Assembly: GCA_965371465.1 (NCBI GenBank)
Contig: CBDUYM010000019.1
Span: forward strand, 67-64,066
Length of the DNA: 64,000 nt
Direction of reading: 5' to 3'
From: an uncultured Alphaproteobacteria bacterium
GTDB taxonomy: Bacteria; Pseudomonadota; Alphaproteobacteria; CBDUYM01
Made by a program: the position numbers and the translations under genes. Every line of letters begins with the position of its first letter. Position 1 is the first letter of the stretch. The notes beneath the pieces are model-generated. The model was not told the origin of the DNA. It did not search any database and worked only from the letters and a program-made list of their open reading frames with translations. Shown piece by piece: positions 1 through 9,040 of this stretch.

Positions 1-100
1 TGAGTGAACTGGCGCTTGGAACAGAAATCTCCTAACCTCCACTCACACATCTTTGACTGGGACGCGCTTGGGGACGAGCTTGCTTAAGGAACAACATCAC

Positions 101-457
101 ATGACTGGTAAATTTGCTGCGATTTCTCTTGTTTTGACGCTTCTGGCGGGCATCGGTTCCAGCCTTGCCGAGGAACGGAAGAAAATGGAACTGCTGGATC
201 CGGCAGACGGACCCTGTCTCTTTCTGCTTGATGAAGATTTGAATGAGACCGGCAGTCCGGTTAACCCGCCCTGCGAACTCGGCACCATTGTCGTGAACGC
301 CGGCGATCCCATCAATGCCGAAGACCGCGAGAAATTCGGCCTGCCAGCGCCAACATCAGGAACTACCGATGAGGCCACCACAGAGGCCAGCGAAGAGGCG
401 AGCGCTTCCCCCCGCGAAGCCGGCTCAGGCATGGCAACGGGCCGCCGCCAACGTTAG
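101..457 (+). CDS. hypothetical secreted protein (signal peptide, two Cys, acidic Thr/Glu-rich tail)
   Basis: The ORF track gives 53..457. The internal ATG at 101 (MTGKFAAISLVLTLLAGIGSS) sits 10 nt after AAGGA and begins a hydrophobic signal-like segment. No recognisable family. Confidence 0.35.
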   Translation: MTGKFAAISLVLTLLAGIGSSLAEERKKMELLDPADGPCLFLLDEDLNETGSPVNPPCELGTIVVNAGDPINAEDREKFGLPAPTSGTTDEATTEASEEASASPREAGSGMATGRRQR

Positions 458-504
458 GATCGCAACACCAGGCTGACAATACTGGGCTGGCAGCGCCTCC
501 GACC

Positions 505-909
505 TCACGCCCAGGGATCGAAATCACCAATACTCCAGAAGTGACCTTCGGGGTCACGGCAGCCGAAACCGCGGCCGCCATAGTCCTGATCGACAATGTC
601 CATGACGATCTCGGCGCCTGCTGCTTTTGCTGTTTCGTAGGCTGCGTCTGCGCTGGCCACGACGATGTAGGGCGCCTGGGTTTCGAGATTGCCAATGTCA
701 CCCGGCATGGTTATCTGGCTGTCGTGTTCCGTGTCTCCGTAGGGGCCGAGCATGAGCATGCCGCCACCGAGCACGAGTTCAGCATGAACAATCCCGCCTT
801 CATCGTTGCGGGCCACGAGATGCTCCGAGAAGCCGAACGCATTTTTCAGCCATTCAAGTGCGGCTTCAGGATCCCGGTATCGCAATCCCGGTATAATGGT
901 TGAGTTCAT
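505..909 (-). CDS. VOC/glyoxalase-family protein (PhnB-like)
   Basis: GGGAG lies 7 nt upstream of the ATG at 909 (MNSTIIPGL...). The size and motifs (FGF...HAEL..GG..LML) fit the glyoxalase/bleomycin-resistance fold. Confidence 0.55.
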   Translation of the reverse strand: MNSTIIPGLRYRDPEAALEWLKNAFGFSEHLVARNDEGGIVHAELVLGGGMLMLGPYGDTEHDSQITMPGDIGNLETQAPYIVVASADAAYETAKAAGAEIVMDIVDQDYGGRGFGCRDPEGHFWSIGDFDPWA

Positions 910-1000
910 ATTCTGTCTCCCCTGACAGGTCATCGATAGGGCTACATTTGCGAATCAATCTCATCTAAGCTAGCACCCTTGCTCGGTAAGGAGAATGAAA

Positions 1001-1312
1001 ATGGCAGAATTCATGATGATCATGAAGGCGGACAGTATTTCCGACGTCAAAGACTGGCAGGCATACATTGAAACACTCACAGGCTCCGGCAAGTTCAGGG
1101 GCGGTAGCGCTCTCGGAAATGGTATTCGGGCCCGCAAAGCTGCCCCCGATGAGGCCGACGACCAGGCCGACGACAATAGGGATGGCTGCATCGTTGCTGG
1201 CTTCATGCGGTTTGAAGCCGATAGTATGGCAGAGGTCAGCGCGCTGCTCCCCGGTAATCCGGCTTACGAGGCAGGCGGCGAGATAGAAATTCTTGAACTG
1301 ACAGAAGACTGA
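1001..1312 (+). CDS. YciI-like (YCII-related) small protein
   Basis: About 100 aa. TAAGGAGA lies 6 nt before the ATG at 1001. The sequence pattern fits the YciI/Dabb-like family. The alternative start at 995 is too close to the SD. Confidence 0.5.
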   Translation: MAEFMMIMKADSISDVKDWQAYIETLTGSGKFRGGSALGNGIRARKAAPDEADDQADDNRDGCIVAGFMRFEADSMAEVSALLPGNPAYEAGGEIEILELTED

Positions 1313-1346
1313 AGCAGCCTGCAAACATCCGTTTGGGAAGTCAGAA

Positions 1347-2336
1347 ATGAAAAGAGTATTAGTTTGGGTGAAGCGGATTTCCCTCACTCTTGTTGCTTTG
1401 CTGCTCACAGCCATGGGCGCCGGGTTTACCTATGAACAGATTGCCCGCTCAGCAGCAGAGAGGAATTTCCCGCCTGAAGGGGAGCTGATTTCCGTTGGCG
1501 GCCACAAGCTTCACTTCGTGAGAAAAGGTGAAGGCGGGCCCACGGTGGTCTTTGAATCCGGCCTTGAACGTGGCGGGCATTTGCCCTGGTTCAGGGTCCA
1601 GCATGAAATTGCCAAGGTTACAACGACCCTCTCCTATGACCGGGCCGGCATATTGTGGAGCGAACGGGGCACGAACCCGAAGTCTGGTGCCGCCATGGCG
1701 ACGGAGCTGCATGCTCTTCTTGAAGCGACGGATGTGCCAAAGCCCTATATTCTGGTTGGTCATTCCGTCGCCGGCGTCACATCCAGGAGCTTCATCGTGG
1801 ACTATTCAGATGACATTGCCGGCGTGGTTATGGTCGATGCATCCCACCCCGACCAGATGCAAAGGTTGCTGGAACTCGGTCGACCCACCGAGGCCCCGCC
1901 CCGCCTGCTGATGGAAGCAGCCAACTCTCTCGGCATACTGCGCCTCCTGCTGTCAAACACCTATCCCGGCACCATCGAGAGCGACGCCATAAACCTGCGG
2001 GCCAATGCCCTGGCGATCAGAGGCATATCAGGCGCCCTTGATGAAATGATAAATCTTCCGCTGCTGGTAGAAGAAGCAGCAGCCATTACTTCCTATGGCG
2101 ACATTCCCCTGATCGTGATTACAGGGGCTGCGCCTGATCGTTTTGACGGCGAGGACGACGAAGAATTGCGGGCGCAGATACCGATCATTTGGGGAGAGCT
2201 GCAGGCGGACGCACTGACGCTTTCGAGCGACAGTAAACAGGTGCTCGCCATCGGCAGCGGCCACTATGTGCAGCTCGAGGAGCCCGAAATCGTAATCGAT
2301 GCGATCAGGGAGCTGATTGAACGCGCCATGCCCTAG
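1347..2336 (+). CDS. alpha/beta-fold hydrolase, N-terminally membrane-anchored or secreted
   Basis: Hydrophobic N-terminus, nucleophile elbow GHSVAG, and later Asp/His positions typical of alpha/beta hydrolases. Confidence 0.7.
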   Translation: MKRVLVWVKRISLTLVALLLTAMGAGFTYEQIARSAAERNFPPEGELISVGGHKLHFVRKGEGGPTVVFESGLERGGHLPWFRVQHEIAKVTTTLSYDRAGILWSERGTNPKSGAAMATELHALLEATDVPKPYILVGHSVAGVTSRSFIVDYSDDIAGVVMVDASHPDQMQRLLELGRPTEAPPRLLMEAANSLGILRLLLSNTYPGTIESDAINLRANALAIRGISGALDEMINLPLLVEEAAAITSYGDIPLIVITGAAPDRFDGEDDEELRAQIPIIWGELQADALTLSSDSKQVLAIGSGHYVQLEEPEIVIDAIRELIERAMP

Positions 2337-2411
2337 GACGAGGTGAGAAGAGCGCAGGCTTGACGCGCACAACCGACAGCGCGAGACTTTCCCGAAAGAG
2401 GGAGACACATC

Positions 2412-3326
2412 ATGGCCATTTCATATGATCTTTCAGCAACCGCATTGGAAGGTTTCCGCATGCACGAAGGGGCTCTGGAAGGCCCGGTTCGCACGCCGAG
2501 AAACTCCGCGCGCAGTGCCGGTGCCGGCTCCATTCATGATGACGCGACGGCGCAAAAGCTCGGCTTCCGTGGCGGCACGGTGGCAGGCTCCCTCCATATG
2601 GAACAGTTCCCGCCCCTGCTGACGACGATATTCGGCCAGCGATGGTTCGAGACCGGCGGGCTCTCGCTCTATTTCCGCTACGCCACATCGGATGAGGAAC
2701 AGGTCCAGGCATTCGCCAAAGCGCCGGCAGCGGACCTTCGCGACGCAAGTGATGGCCAAATCGAAATCTGGATGGACGACATGGACGGCCATCGGATCTG
2801 TGACGGCACGGCATCCGTGGGCACGCCCGACGAGCCGAGCGCGCTTGCCAAACGCCTCAAGACCACGCCCGAGCCCGAAGACATCCGCATTCTCGAGGCG
2901 CTCAAGCCCGGCCATGAAGGCGAGCCCGTGAAAGTGCGCGCGAGCCAGGAACGGCTTGATGCAAGGCTCAATGTCATCACCGAGCCCATGGCCGAATACA
3001 CGGATGCCTCCCCCTACGGCGCCCCCGCATTGCCGCCGAGCATGATGGTCCAGACTATCCGCGTGGCCGAACACGGGCTTCTCAAAAGGAACTCAAACTA
3101 CGGCGTCGGCCTCTTCGGCGCGATTGAAGTGCAAGCCCTAAAGGGCCCCGTCTTCGTTGAGAAGGACTACGAAGCCAGAGGCAGGATTTTAGCCGTGAGT
3201 GAAACACCGAAGACGGAATATTTCTGGTACGAGAGCATTCTCGCCGACCCGGAGAGTGGCGAGGACGTCGCCCGGATGATGATGATGCTGAGATTCATGA
3301 AGGCAAGCTCGGATTTGTGGAAGTAG
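2412..3326 (+). CDS. hypothetical protein, possibly double hot-dog (MaoC-like) fold
   Basis: GAGGGAG SD. The segment IHDDATAQKLGFRGGTVAGSLHMEQF resembles the MaoC dehydratase motif (compare WIHVD...SPFGGPIAHGQL in the 160-aa MaoC at 19908). Assignment is tentative. Confidence 0.4.
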   Translation: MAISYDLSATALEGFRMHEGALEGPVRTPRNSARSAGAGSIHDDATAQKLGFRGGTVAGSLHMEQFPPLLTTIFGQRWFETGGLSLYFRYATSDEEQVQAFAKAPAADLRDASDGQIEIWMDDMDGHRICDGTASVGTPDEPSALAKRLKTTPEPEDIRILEALKPGHEGEPVKVRASQERLDARLNVITEPMAEYTDASPYGAPALPPSMMVQTIRVAEHGLLKRNSNYGVGLFGAIEVQALKGPVFVEKDYEARGRILAVSETPKTEYFWYESILADPESGEDVARMMMMLRFMKASSDLWK

Positions 3327-3376
3327 GGGGAGCAAACAGACTGCATAAGCTGCCTTTAGTCGCGAATTCTCTTCGC

Positions 3377-4180
3377 TCACATGCTACCCAAACAGCTGTA
3401 GGTCATTTCGATTTCTTTCGGCAGAAGAAGGAAAGTTCTCTTCGCCGCCGCGGGATCCGTGGCAAGCGGAAAAAAGGCTATCACTGCGACTTGAGCCTGT
3501 GGCAAATGCTCGTGACTCGTTTTCGCTGTGTAGGTGCCACCCAATGCCACTGACCGCGAGCCGATTTCCAACTGTTTAATTTCGCCAAGAACTTGACGAT
3601 ATAGAGCTCGCCGTGAAACCGGTTCCACTTTTGCTAGGTCCTTCGATGGACCGAGGTCTGATATCACGAACGACACGAAATCCATGGTTTCAACGAGAGC
3701 AGCACCTTCTTGTTCGAATGCCGCGCCAAGCCTGGCAGTGTCGACCAGGTAACATTCTGAATTTGCAAGGCTGCGAATTTGCCGTTGCTTGGTGATGGGG
3801 CTGACATCGACGGCCACGCGGTCCGAGAATAGTTCCATGCTCCTGATGCTTGCAGCTGCGGCTTCGTGCTCCGGCAGCGGGACTCTTGGCCTAGTGAAGT
3901 CTCCTTCATCATACCCTAAGGCGACCGCGACCCGATCCATGCTAATGTCTCGCACCACCTCGCCACGCTCGATCCTCTGGACTGTCGACAAAGATACCGA
4001 GGCGAAGCTGGCTAGGGTTTCCTGTTTCCAGCCCATCACGCGCCTCTGCCAAGTCACAAACATTGCCAGAAATTTCGCAGTTGGCTTGATTGCAATTCCA
4101 TTTCTTGCACAGTCCTGTATCCAAGCCCGTTCAGCTTCTTGCTCAGCCTGAGAAGAATAGCTTCCTTTGTTTGAGCTCAT
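3377..4180 (-). CDS. HTH-XRE family DNA-binding protein with an about 190-aa C-terminal domain of unrecognised family
   Basis: HTH segment ETLASFASVSLSTVQRIERGE. The segment is more AT-rich than its flanks by eye. It is divergent from the protease gene across an AT-rich 400-bp spacer. Confidence 0.6.
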   Translation of the reverse strand: MSSNKGSYSSQAEQEAERAWIQDCARNGIAIKPTAKFLAMFVTWQRRVMGWKQETLASFASVSLSTVQRIERGEVVRDISMDRVAVALGYDEGDFTRPRVPLPEHEAAAASIRSMELFSDRVAVDVSPITKQRQIRSLANSECYLVDTARLGAAFEQEGAALVETMDFVSFVISDLGPSKDLAKVEPVSRRALYRQVLGEIKQLEIGSRSVALGGTYTAKTSHEHLPQAQVAVIAFFPLATDPAAAKRTFLLLPKEIEMTYSCLGSM

Positions 4181-4584
4181 TTGCTTGCCTCATCGTCTCT
4201 GTTTCAATGTGGCTCCCATCATCTGCCGTTCACCAGGCCAAAGAACGCCAGAAAACCCTTCAGCACTAGAATTTTCTCGCAAGCACATTAAGCTATCTGA
4301 CTCACATGCCAGCATAGACATGTCAGATGATGATATTGGCTGAGTTTTGCTCAGGAATTCGGTGGATAGCAAAAAAGTACCAAAATACAGTCATTTAGTG
4401 TACTAGCAAGGCATCAAGTGCCACGCAAGGCCACAGGCAAATCCCGCCGGACATCTGAGGCAAGATTGGCACGGCGGAAGCGACATCCAGCCGGAATGCG
4501 ACAGGATGCTTACACCTGCTGATGTTCATAGGGGTGACAGACGTCAATTCGCGCCGACGGGATGCAAGAGAGAAGAGGAATACC

Positions 4585-5460
4585 ATGCGGATCGCTGACA
4601 TCGTTAAAGAGTGCGTCCTATTTGTCGGAACCGGTGAACCCATCAATGAAACAGAACAAGTGGTGACGTTACGAGGAACCGCATTTTTTATTGGCGTTCC
4701 ATCTGAGGAACACGACGACCGATTCTACACCTACATCGTCACTGCAAAGCACGTATTTGACATGCTTCCCCTGGAACACGCCTTCTTGCGAGCCAATTTG
4801 AAGAACGGTGGTGCCAAGGTCTTGCCGTTGGACAAGTCACATTGGCACTTTCATCCATCTGACGTAACTGCTGATGTTGCAATGGTTCAAGTTGGAGTCG
4901 GAGAGGACTTGGACTACAAGTATATTGCGCCAGACTTAATCATCGGCTCTGATGCATTGGCCGAAAATGCCGATATTTCAGGAATAGGGATTGGAGATGA
5001 GGTCTATACTGTCGGCCTGTTTGCACATCACTTCGGCGCCGGGCGAAATATTCCAATCGTCAGAGTAGGTCACATTGCCATGATGGACGAAGATTTAGTA
5101 CCAGTACGTGATGGTGATAAGACCAAGATGGTAGAGGCAATTCTTATTGAAGCGCGTTCCATCGGGGGCCTCAGCGGCTCTCCTGTATTCGTTCGTTCTT
5201 CAAACGCGATGTCCACCAGCGGCGCGTTCCTTCTTGGGATGGCATTAGGTCATTGGGAGGTACAGACATATACGATTGATGAGGCCGTAGCCCAAGAGAT
5301 AGAGCCAACTGATGCGTCTGGCAAATTAACCAGCTCGATGAATAGCGGAGTGGCACTGGTGACACCTGCCAAGAAAATCATAGAGACCCTAATGCAGCCG
5401 CTGCTCAGAGAAGCGCGGAAAAAAGCCGATCTAGTTGCCGCAGAAAGCCCAGCTGCATAA
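4585..5460 (+). CDS. trypsin-like (S1/chymotrypsin-fold) serine protease, cytoplasmic (no signal peptide)
   Basis: GAGGAA SD lies 6 nt before the ATG at 4585. Catalytic-triad-like motifs are TAKHV (His), DVAMVQV (Asp) and GGLSGSPVF (Ser, GDSGGP-like). There is no N-terminal hydrophobic segment. Confidence 0.65.
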   Translation: MRIADIVKECVLFVGTGEPINETEQVVTLRGTAFFIGVPSEEHDDRFYTYIVTAKHVFDMLPLEHAFLRANLKNGGAKVLPLDKSHWHFHPSDVTADVAMVQVGVGEDLDYKYIAPDLIIGSDALAENADISGIGIGDEVYTVGLFAHHFGAGRNIPIVRVGHIAMMDEDLVPVRDGDKTKMVEAILIEARSIGGLSGSPVFVRSSNAMSTSGAFLLGMALGHWEVQTYTIDEAVAQEIEPTDASGKLTSSMNSGVALVTPAKKIIETLMQPLLREARKKADLVAAESPAA

Positions 5461-5570
5461 CTTTTTCTTGAAACAAGCAATTTCGTAAGGACCGTGCAAG
5501 CCAGTTCAGACGCAATTCTGGATGCTTCGATCGAGATGGGATGCACAGCGATAGTGCGTCACATGCCTGC

Positions 5571-8500
5571 CTACCAGGGATCAATATACGGATACTTCTT
5601 CCCCGTCCTTGGCTCCACGGGCGGCAGGCGCTTCAGGCTGTTCGCGATCCAGTCGCGTGTGTCTGCCGGGTCGATCACATCATCAAGCCCCCCGCCAACT
5701 GCCGAATTGATCGCCTTCGCGCCTTCGTAACTTCTGGCGACGCGCATGTCGAATTCGGCTTTGCGTTCGTCGTCGTCTTCTATTGCGGCGAGCTCGTTTC
5801 GGAAGCCGAGTTTGACCGAACCTTCGATGTTCATGCCGGCGAATTCGGCGGTGGGCCAGCCGACTGTGAAGAAGCCGACACGGGCGGATGCGCCGCACAT
5901 GGCCTGGACGCCGAGGCCGTAGGCCTTGCGGACGACGACACCGAACAATGGGGTCGTGAGGTTGGCGCCGGCGTTGAACATGCGGACGGAATGGCGGACG
6001 AGCGCGGTTTTCTCGTGATCGGGGCCGACCATGATGCCGGGGCAATCCATCAGGCTCAGGATCGGGATATCGAAGGCATCGCAAAGCTGCATGAACCTGG
6101 CACCCTTGTCTGCGCCATCGCTGTCAATGGCGCCGGCGAGGTGGTGCGGGTTATTGGCGATGACACCCATGGGTTTGCCTTCGACACGGATGAAGCATGT
6201 AATCACACCGATACCGAATTTTTCGCGGATTTCGAGAACGCTGCCGACGTCGGCGATGGTGTTGATGATCTCGCGCATGTCATAGAGCCGGAGGCGGTTT
6301 TCGGGGATGACGTGGCGCAGGCGGCGCTGATCCGGCGCTTCCCAGTCAGATATCTTGCCCTGGAAATATGAGAGGTATTTCTTGGCGACATCGACCGCTT
6401 CTTCCTCGTCTTTGGCCAGGATATCGACGACACCATTTGGCACCTGGAACGACATGGGTCCCACTTCTTCGGGCGTGTAGATACCAAGCCCGCCGCCTTC
6501 GATCATGGCAGGCCCGCCCATGGCGACCGTGGAGCCTTCCGTGGCAATAATGATGTCGCAGGCGGCGACCAGCGCCGTGTTGCCGGCAAATGTCCGGCCA
6601 TTGACAATACAGACCAGGGGAATTAGCGCGCTTAACTTGGAAAACTGGGTGAAGGTGTAGGTATCAAAGGCAACGCCCGGACCTGTCGCGTCGTCACCGG
6701 GCCTGCCGCCGCCGCCTTCGCCAAAGAGCACTAGCGGAATGCGGAAGCGCCGGGCGAGATCGAACATGCGATCCTGTTTGTAGTGATTCCTACCTCCTTG
6801 CGTGCCTGCGAGCACGGTGTAATCGTAGTGGACCACCATGGCGCGCGCGGCTTCCTCGCCAAAGAGATCGGCGTTGATGGTGCCCATGCCGGCGAGCAGG
6901 CCATCGGCGGGCGTGTTCTTGCGCAACGTTTCCATATCGTGACGGCGATGCTGGCGGGCGACAATCAGTGGCCAGTATTCCTGGAACGAGCCTTCGTCCA
7001 TTAATTGCGCGATGTTTTCGCGCGGCATGCGGTAGCCAAAGCCTTTGCGTTTGGCCACGGCCTCGGGCCTGGCGGCATCAAGGGTCATGGCGTGGCGCTC
7101 GTTGGTGAGCTGCAGATCAGGCCGGATATAGTCGAGATCAATCTCCGCTTCAGCTTTCAATGCATCGACGTTTACTTCAGCTTCTTCAATGAAAACAATG
7201 GGATAGCCTTCCAGCACCACATCACCTTCGTTCATGGTGATCTGGCGGACAATACCGTCGCGGTCGGCCTTGATGATATGTTCCATCTTCATGGCTTCGA
7301 CGACAGCGACCTGCTGACCTTCCCGCACTTCATCCTCTAGCACCACATCAAGGGAGACGATGGTGCCCTGAATGGGTGCCGCCACACCGATGGAACCATT
7401 GGGTCCGGTCAGCTCAGGTGCTTGTTCGGTTTCGCCATTGGCGGCCTCTGCCGCCTCTGCGGCCTTGACCTGGGCGTCATGATTGAAAAGCGCCAGGGGA
7501 TCGGTGCCGTCGACGCGGGCACCGGCAAATCCGGCATCGGCGGCATTTGCCTGGGAGGTGCCAACTTCGACGAACCTGGCGCGGGCTTCAACGGGTGCGG
7601 CAAGCTCCACCATATGTTCATCAACCCATGTCGTGTGGACGGCAGAGGTGCCGAAATCCTCATGGGCGAGGATATTCTGCAGGAACGGAATGTTGGTGCC
7701 GACGCCTTCAAGACGGAACTCGCTCAGGGCCCGTGCGGCACGGGACGTCGCCTGGCTGATGTCAGGCGATGGCGAATGCACAATCACCTTGGCCAGCAGA
7801 CTGTCAAACGATGTGCTGGTTTTGTATCCGGCATAGCCAAAGCCGTCGGTGCGAACGCCGGGGCCGTTTGGTGCTTCGTAGGCCGTCAAAGTGCCGCTGC
7901 CGGGCCGGATGGAGCCGTCTTCCCTGATGACATCCATGTGGACCCGCGCCTGAATGGCAACGCCGCGGGGCCTCGCCACATCGGGGTCATCAAGGCCCAG
8001 ATCAGCGAGGGTTTCGCCTTGTGCCAAACGCAGCTGGGATTGCACAAGATCGACGCCGGTGACTTCCTCGGTCACGGTATGTTCGACCTGGAGGCGGGCG
8101 TTGGCTTCGATAAAGATAAATGGCTGGGCACCCTTGCGGCCGGAATCATCGACCAGGAATTCGAACGTGCCGAGGCTTGAATAGCCCTGTTTCGCGGCGA
8201 ACCGGACCGCTCCGTCAATGATTGAAGCCCTGATCCCGTCATCAAGATCCACCGCCGGTGCGATTTCGACAATTTTCTGGTAGCGGCGCTGCAGAGAGCA
8301 TTCACGCTCACCAAGATGGATCACGTTCGACCAGTTGTCGCCGACGATCTGAACTTCGATATGGCGCGCGCGGGTGAGGAATTCTTCGACGTAGACATCG
8401 GGCACTCCAAAAGCTGAATTGGCCTCGGACCGGCAGCGCTCGTAGGCTTTTTCAATCTCGTCAGCTGATGTAACTGCACGGGTGCCGCGACCACCGCCGC

Positions 8501-8990
8501 CGGCAAGCGCTTTGATGATCATGGCGCCTTTCTTGCCGAGAGACCTATAAAAATCTTTGGCTTCATCAAGGGAAACGGCATGGTCGATGCCTTTGAGCAC
8601 AGGCACATCAGATTCTATCGCCGCCGCACGGGCACGCGCCTTGTCACCGAACAGCTCAAGATGTTCGACAGCGGGACCGACGAACGTTATTCCAGCCTTT
8701 ATGCAGGCCCGCGCGAAATCACCACGCTCGGCGAGAAAACCGTAGCCCGGGTGGATGGCATCGCAACCGGCCTCCCTGGCGGCGGCTATAATGCCCGCGC
8801 CATCGAGATAGGCAGCCGGCCCCTTGCCGACAAGCGCCACGGCTTCGTCGGCGACCCTGGTATGCAGGCTGGTGGCATCATCCTCTGAGTAGACGGCGAC
8901 GCTCGGCAATCCAAGATCGGCGGCGGCGCGCGCAATGCGGATGGAAATTTCTCCGCGATTAGCAATGAGCAAAGCATTGAAGCTCATCAA
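5571..8990 (-). CDS. single-chain multidomain biotin-dependent acyl-CoA carboxylase (biotin carboxylase - BCCP - carboxyltransferase)
   Basis: N-terminal ATP-grasp biotin carboxylase (MMSFNALLIANRGEISIRI...). Biotinyl motif EAMKMEH. C-terminal PccB-like carboxyltransferase of about 500 aa. Total 1139 aa, resembling the LCC-type fused carboxylases. Confidence 0.85.
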   Translation of the reverse strand: MMSFNALLIANRGEISIRIARAAADLGLPSVAVYSEDDATSLHTRVADEAVALVGKGPAAYLDGAGIIAAAREAGCDAIHPGYGFLAERGDFARACIKAGITFVGPAVEHLELFGDKARARAAAIESDVPVLKGIDHAVSLDEAKDFYRSLGKKGAMIIKALAGGGGRGTRAVTSADEIEKAYERCRSEANSAFGVPDVYVEEFLTRARHIEVQIVGDNWSNVIHLGERECSLQRRYQKIVEIAPAVDLDDGIRASIIDGAVRFAAKQGYSSLGTFEFLVDDSGRKGAQPFIFIEANARLQVEHTVTEEVTGVDLVQSQLRLAQGETLADLGLDDPDVARPRGVAIQARVHMDVIREDGSIRPGSGTLTAYEAPNGPGVRTDGFGYAGYKTSTSFDSLLAKVIVHSPSPDISQATSRAARALSEFRLEGVGTNIPFLQNILAHEDFGTSAVHTTWVDEHMVELAAPVEARARFVEVGTSQANAADAGFAGARVDGTDPLALFNHDAQVKAAEAAEAANGETEQAPELTGPNGSIGVAAPIQGTIVSLDVVLEDEVREGQQVAVVEAMKMEHIIKADRDGIVRQITMNEGDVVLEGYPIVFIEEAEVNVDALKAEAEIDLDYIRPDLQLTNERHAMTLDAARPEAVAKRKGFGYRMPRENIAQLMDEGSFQEYWPLIVARQHRRHDMETLRKNTPADGLLAGMGTINADLFGEEAARAMVVHYDYTVLAGTQGGRNHYKQDRMFDLARRFRIPLVLFGEGGGGRPGDDATGPGVAFDTYTFTQFSKLSALIPLVCIVNGRTFAGNTALVAACDIIIATEGSTVAMGGPAMIEGGGLGIYTPEEVGPMSFQVPNGVVDILAKDEEEAVDVAKKYLSYFQGKISDWEAPDQRRLRHVIPENRLRLYDMREIINTIADVGSVLEIREKFGIGVITCFIRVEGKPMGVIANNPHHLAGAIDSDGADKGARFMQLCDAFDIPILSLMDCPGIMVGPDHEKTALVRHSVRMFNAGANLTTPLFGVVVRKAYGLGVQAMCGASARVGFFTVGWPTAEFAGMNIEGSVKLGFRNELAAIEDDDERKAEFDMRVARSYEGAKAINSAVGGGLDDVIDPADTRDWIANSLKRLPPVEPRTGKKYPYIDPW

Positions 8991-9040
8991 ATTCTCCCCA
9001 AAACTGTTTCTTTTCTGGCCCGATTATCCGGCCATATTGC

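Noticed and set aside
53-100. Upstream extension of the first ORF (MTGTRLG... from 53)
   Set aside because: The internal ATG at 101 has an SD-like AAGGA and begins the signal-peptide-like segment. The 16-codon extension is unsupported. Low confidence either way.
1068-1286. 72-aa ORF overlapping the YciI-like gene in another frame
   Set aside because: It lies inside a gene with family support, has no SD, and is Ala/Arg/Pro-rich. Spurious.
2433-3074. 213-aa minus-strand ORF antisense to the hot-dog-like gene, and the similar antisense ORFs inside the lon gene (35345..35908), selB (26761..27417) and selA (28791..29327)
   Set aside because: Same reasoning. They are embedded in well-supported genes, Arg/Ala/Gly-rich, with low-complexity translations typical of GC-driven spurious ORFs.
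5541-8180. Long plus-strand ORFs (for example 5541..6371, 7422..8180, 7483..7836) overlapping the minus-strand carboxylase gene
   Set aside because: They are antisense shadow ORFs of the kind common in high-GC DNA. They have no SD and no recognisable domains, and they lie entirely inside a gene with strong domain evidence on the other strand.
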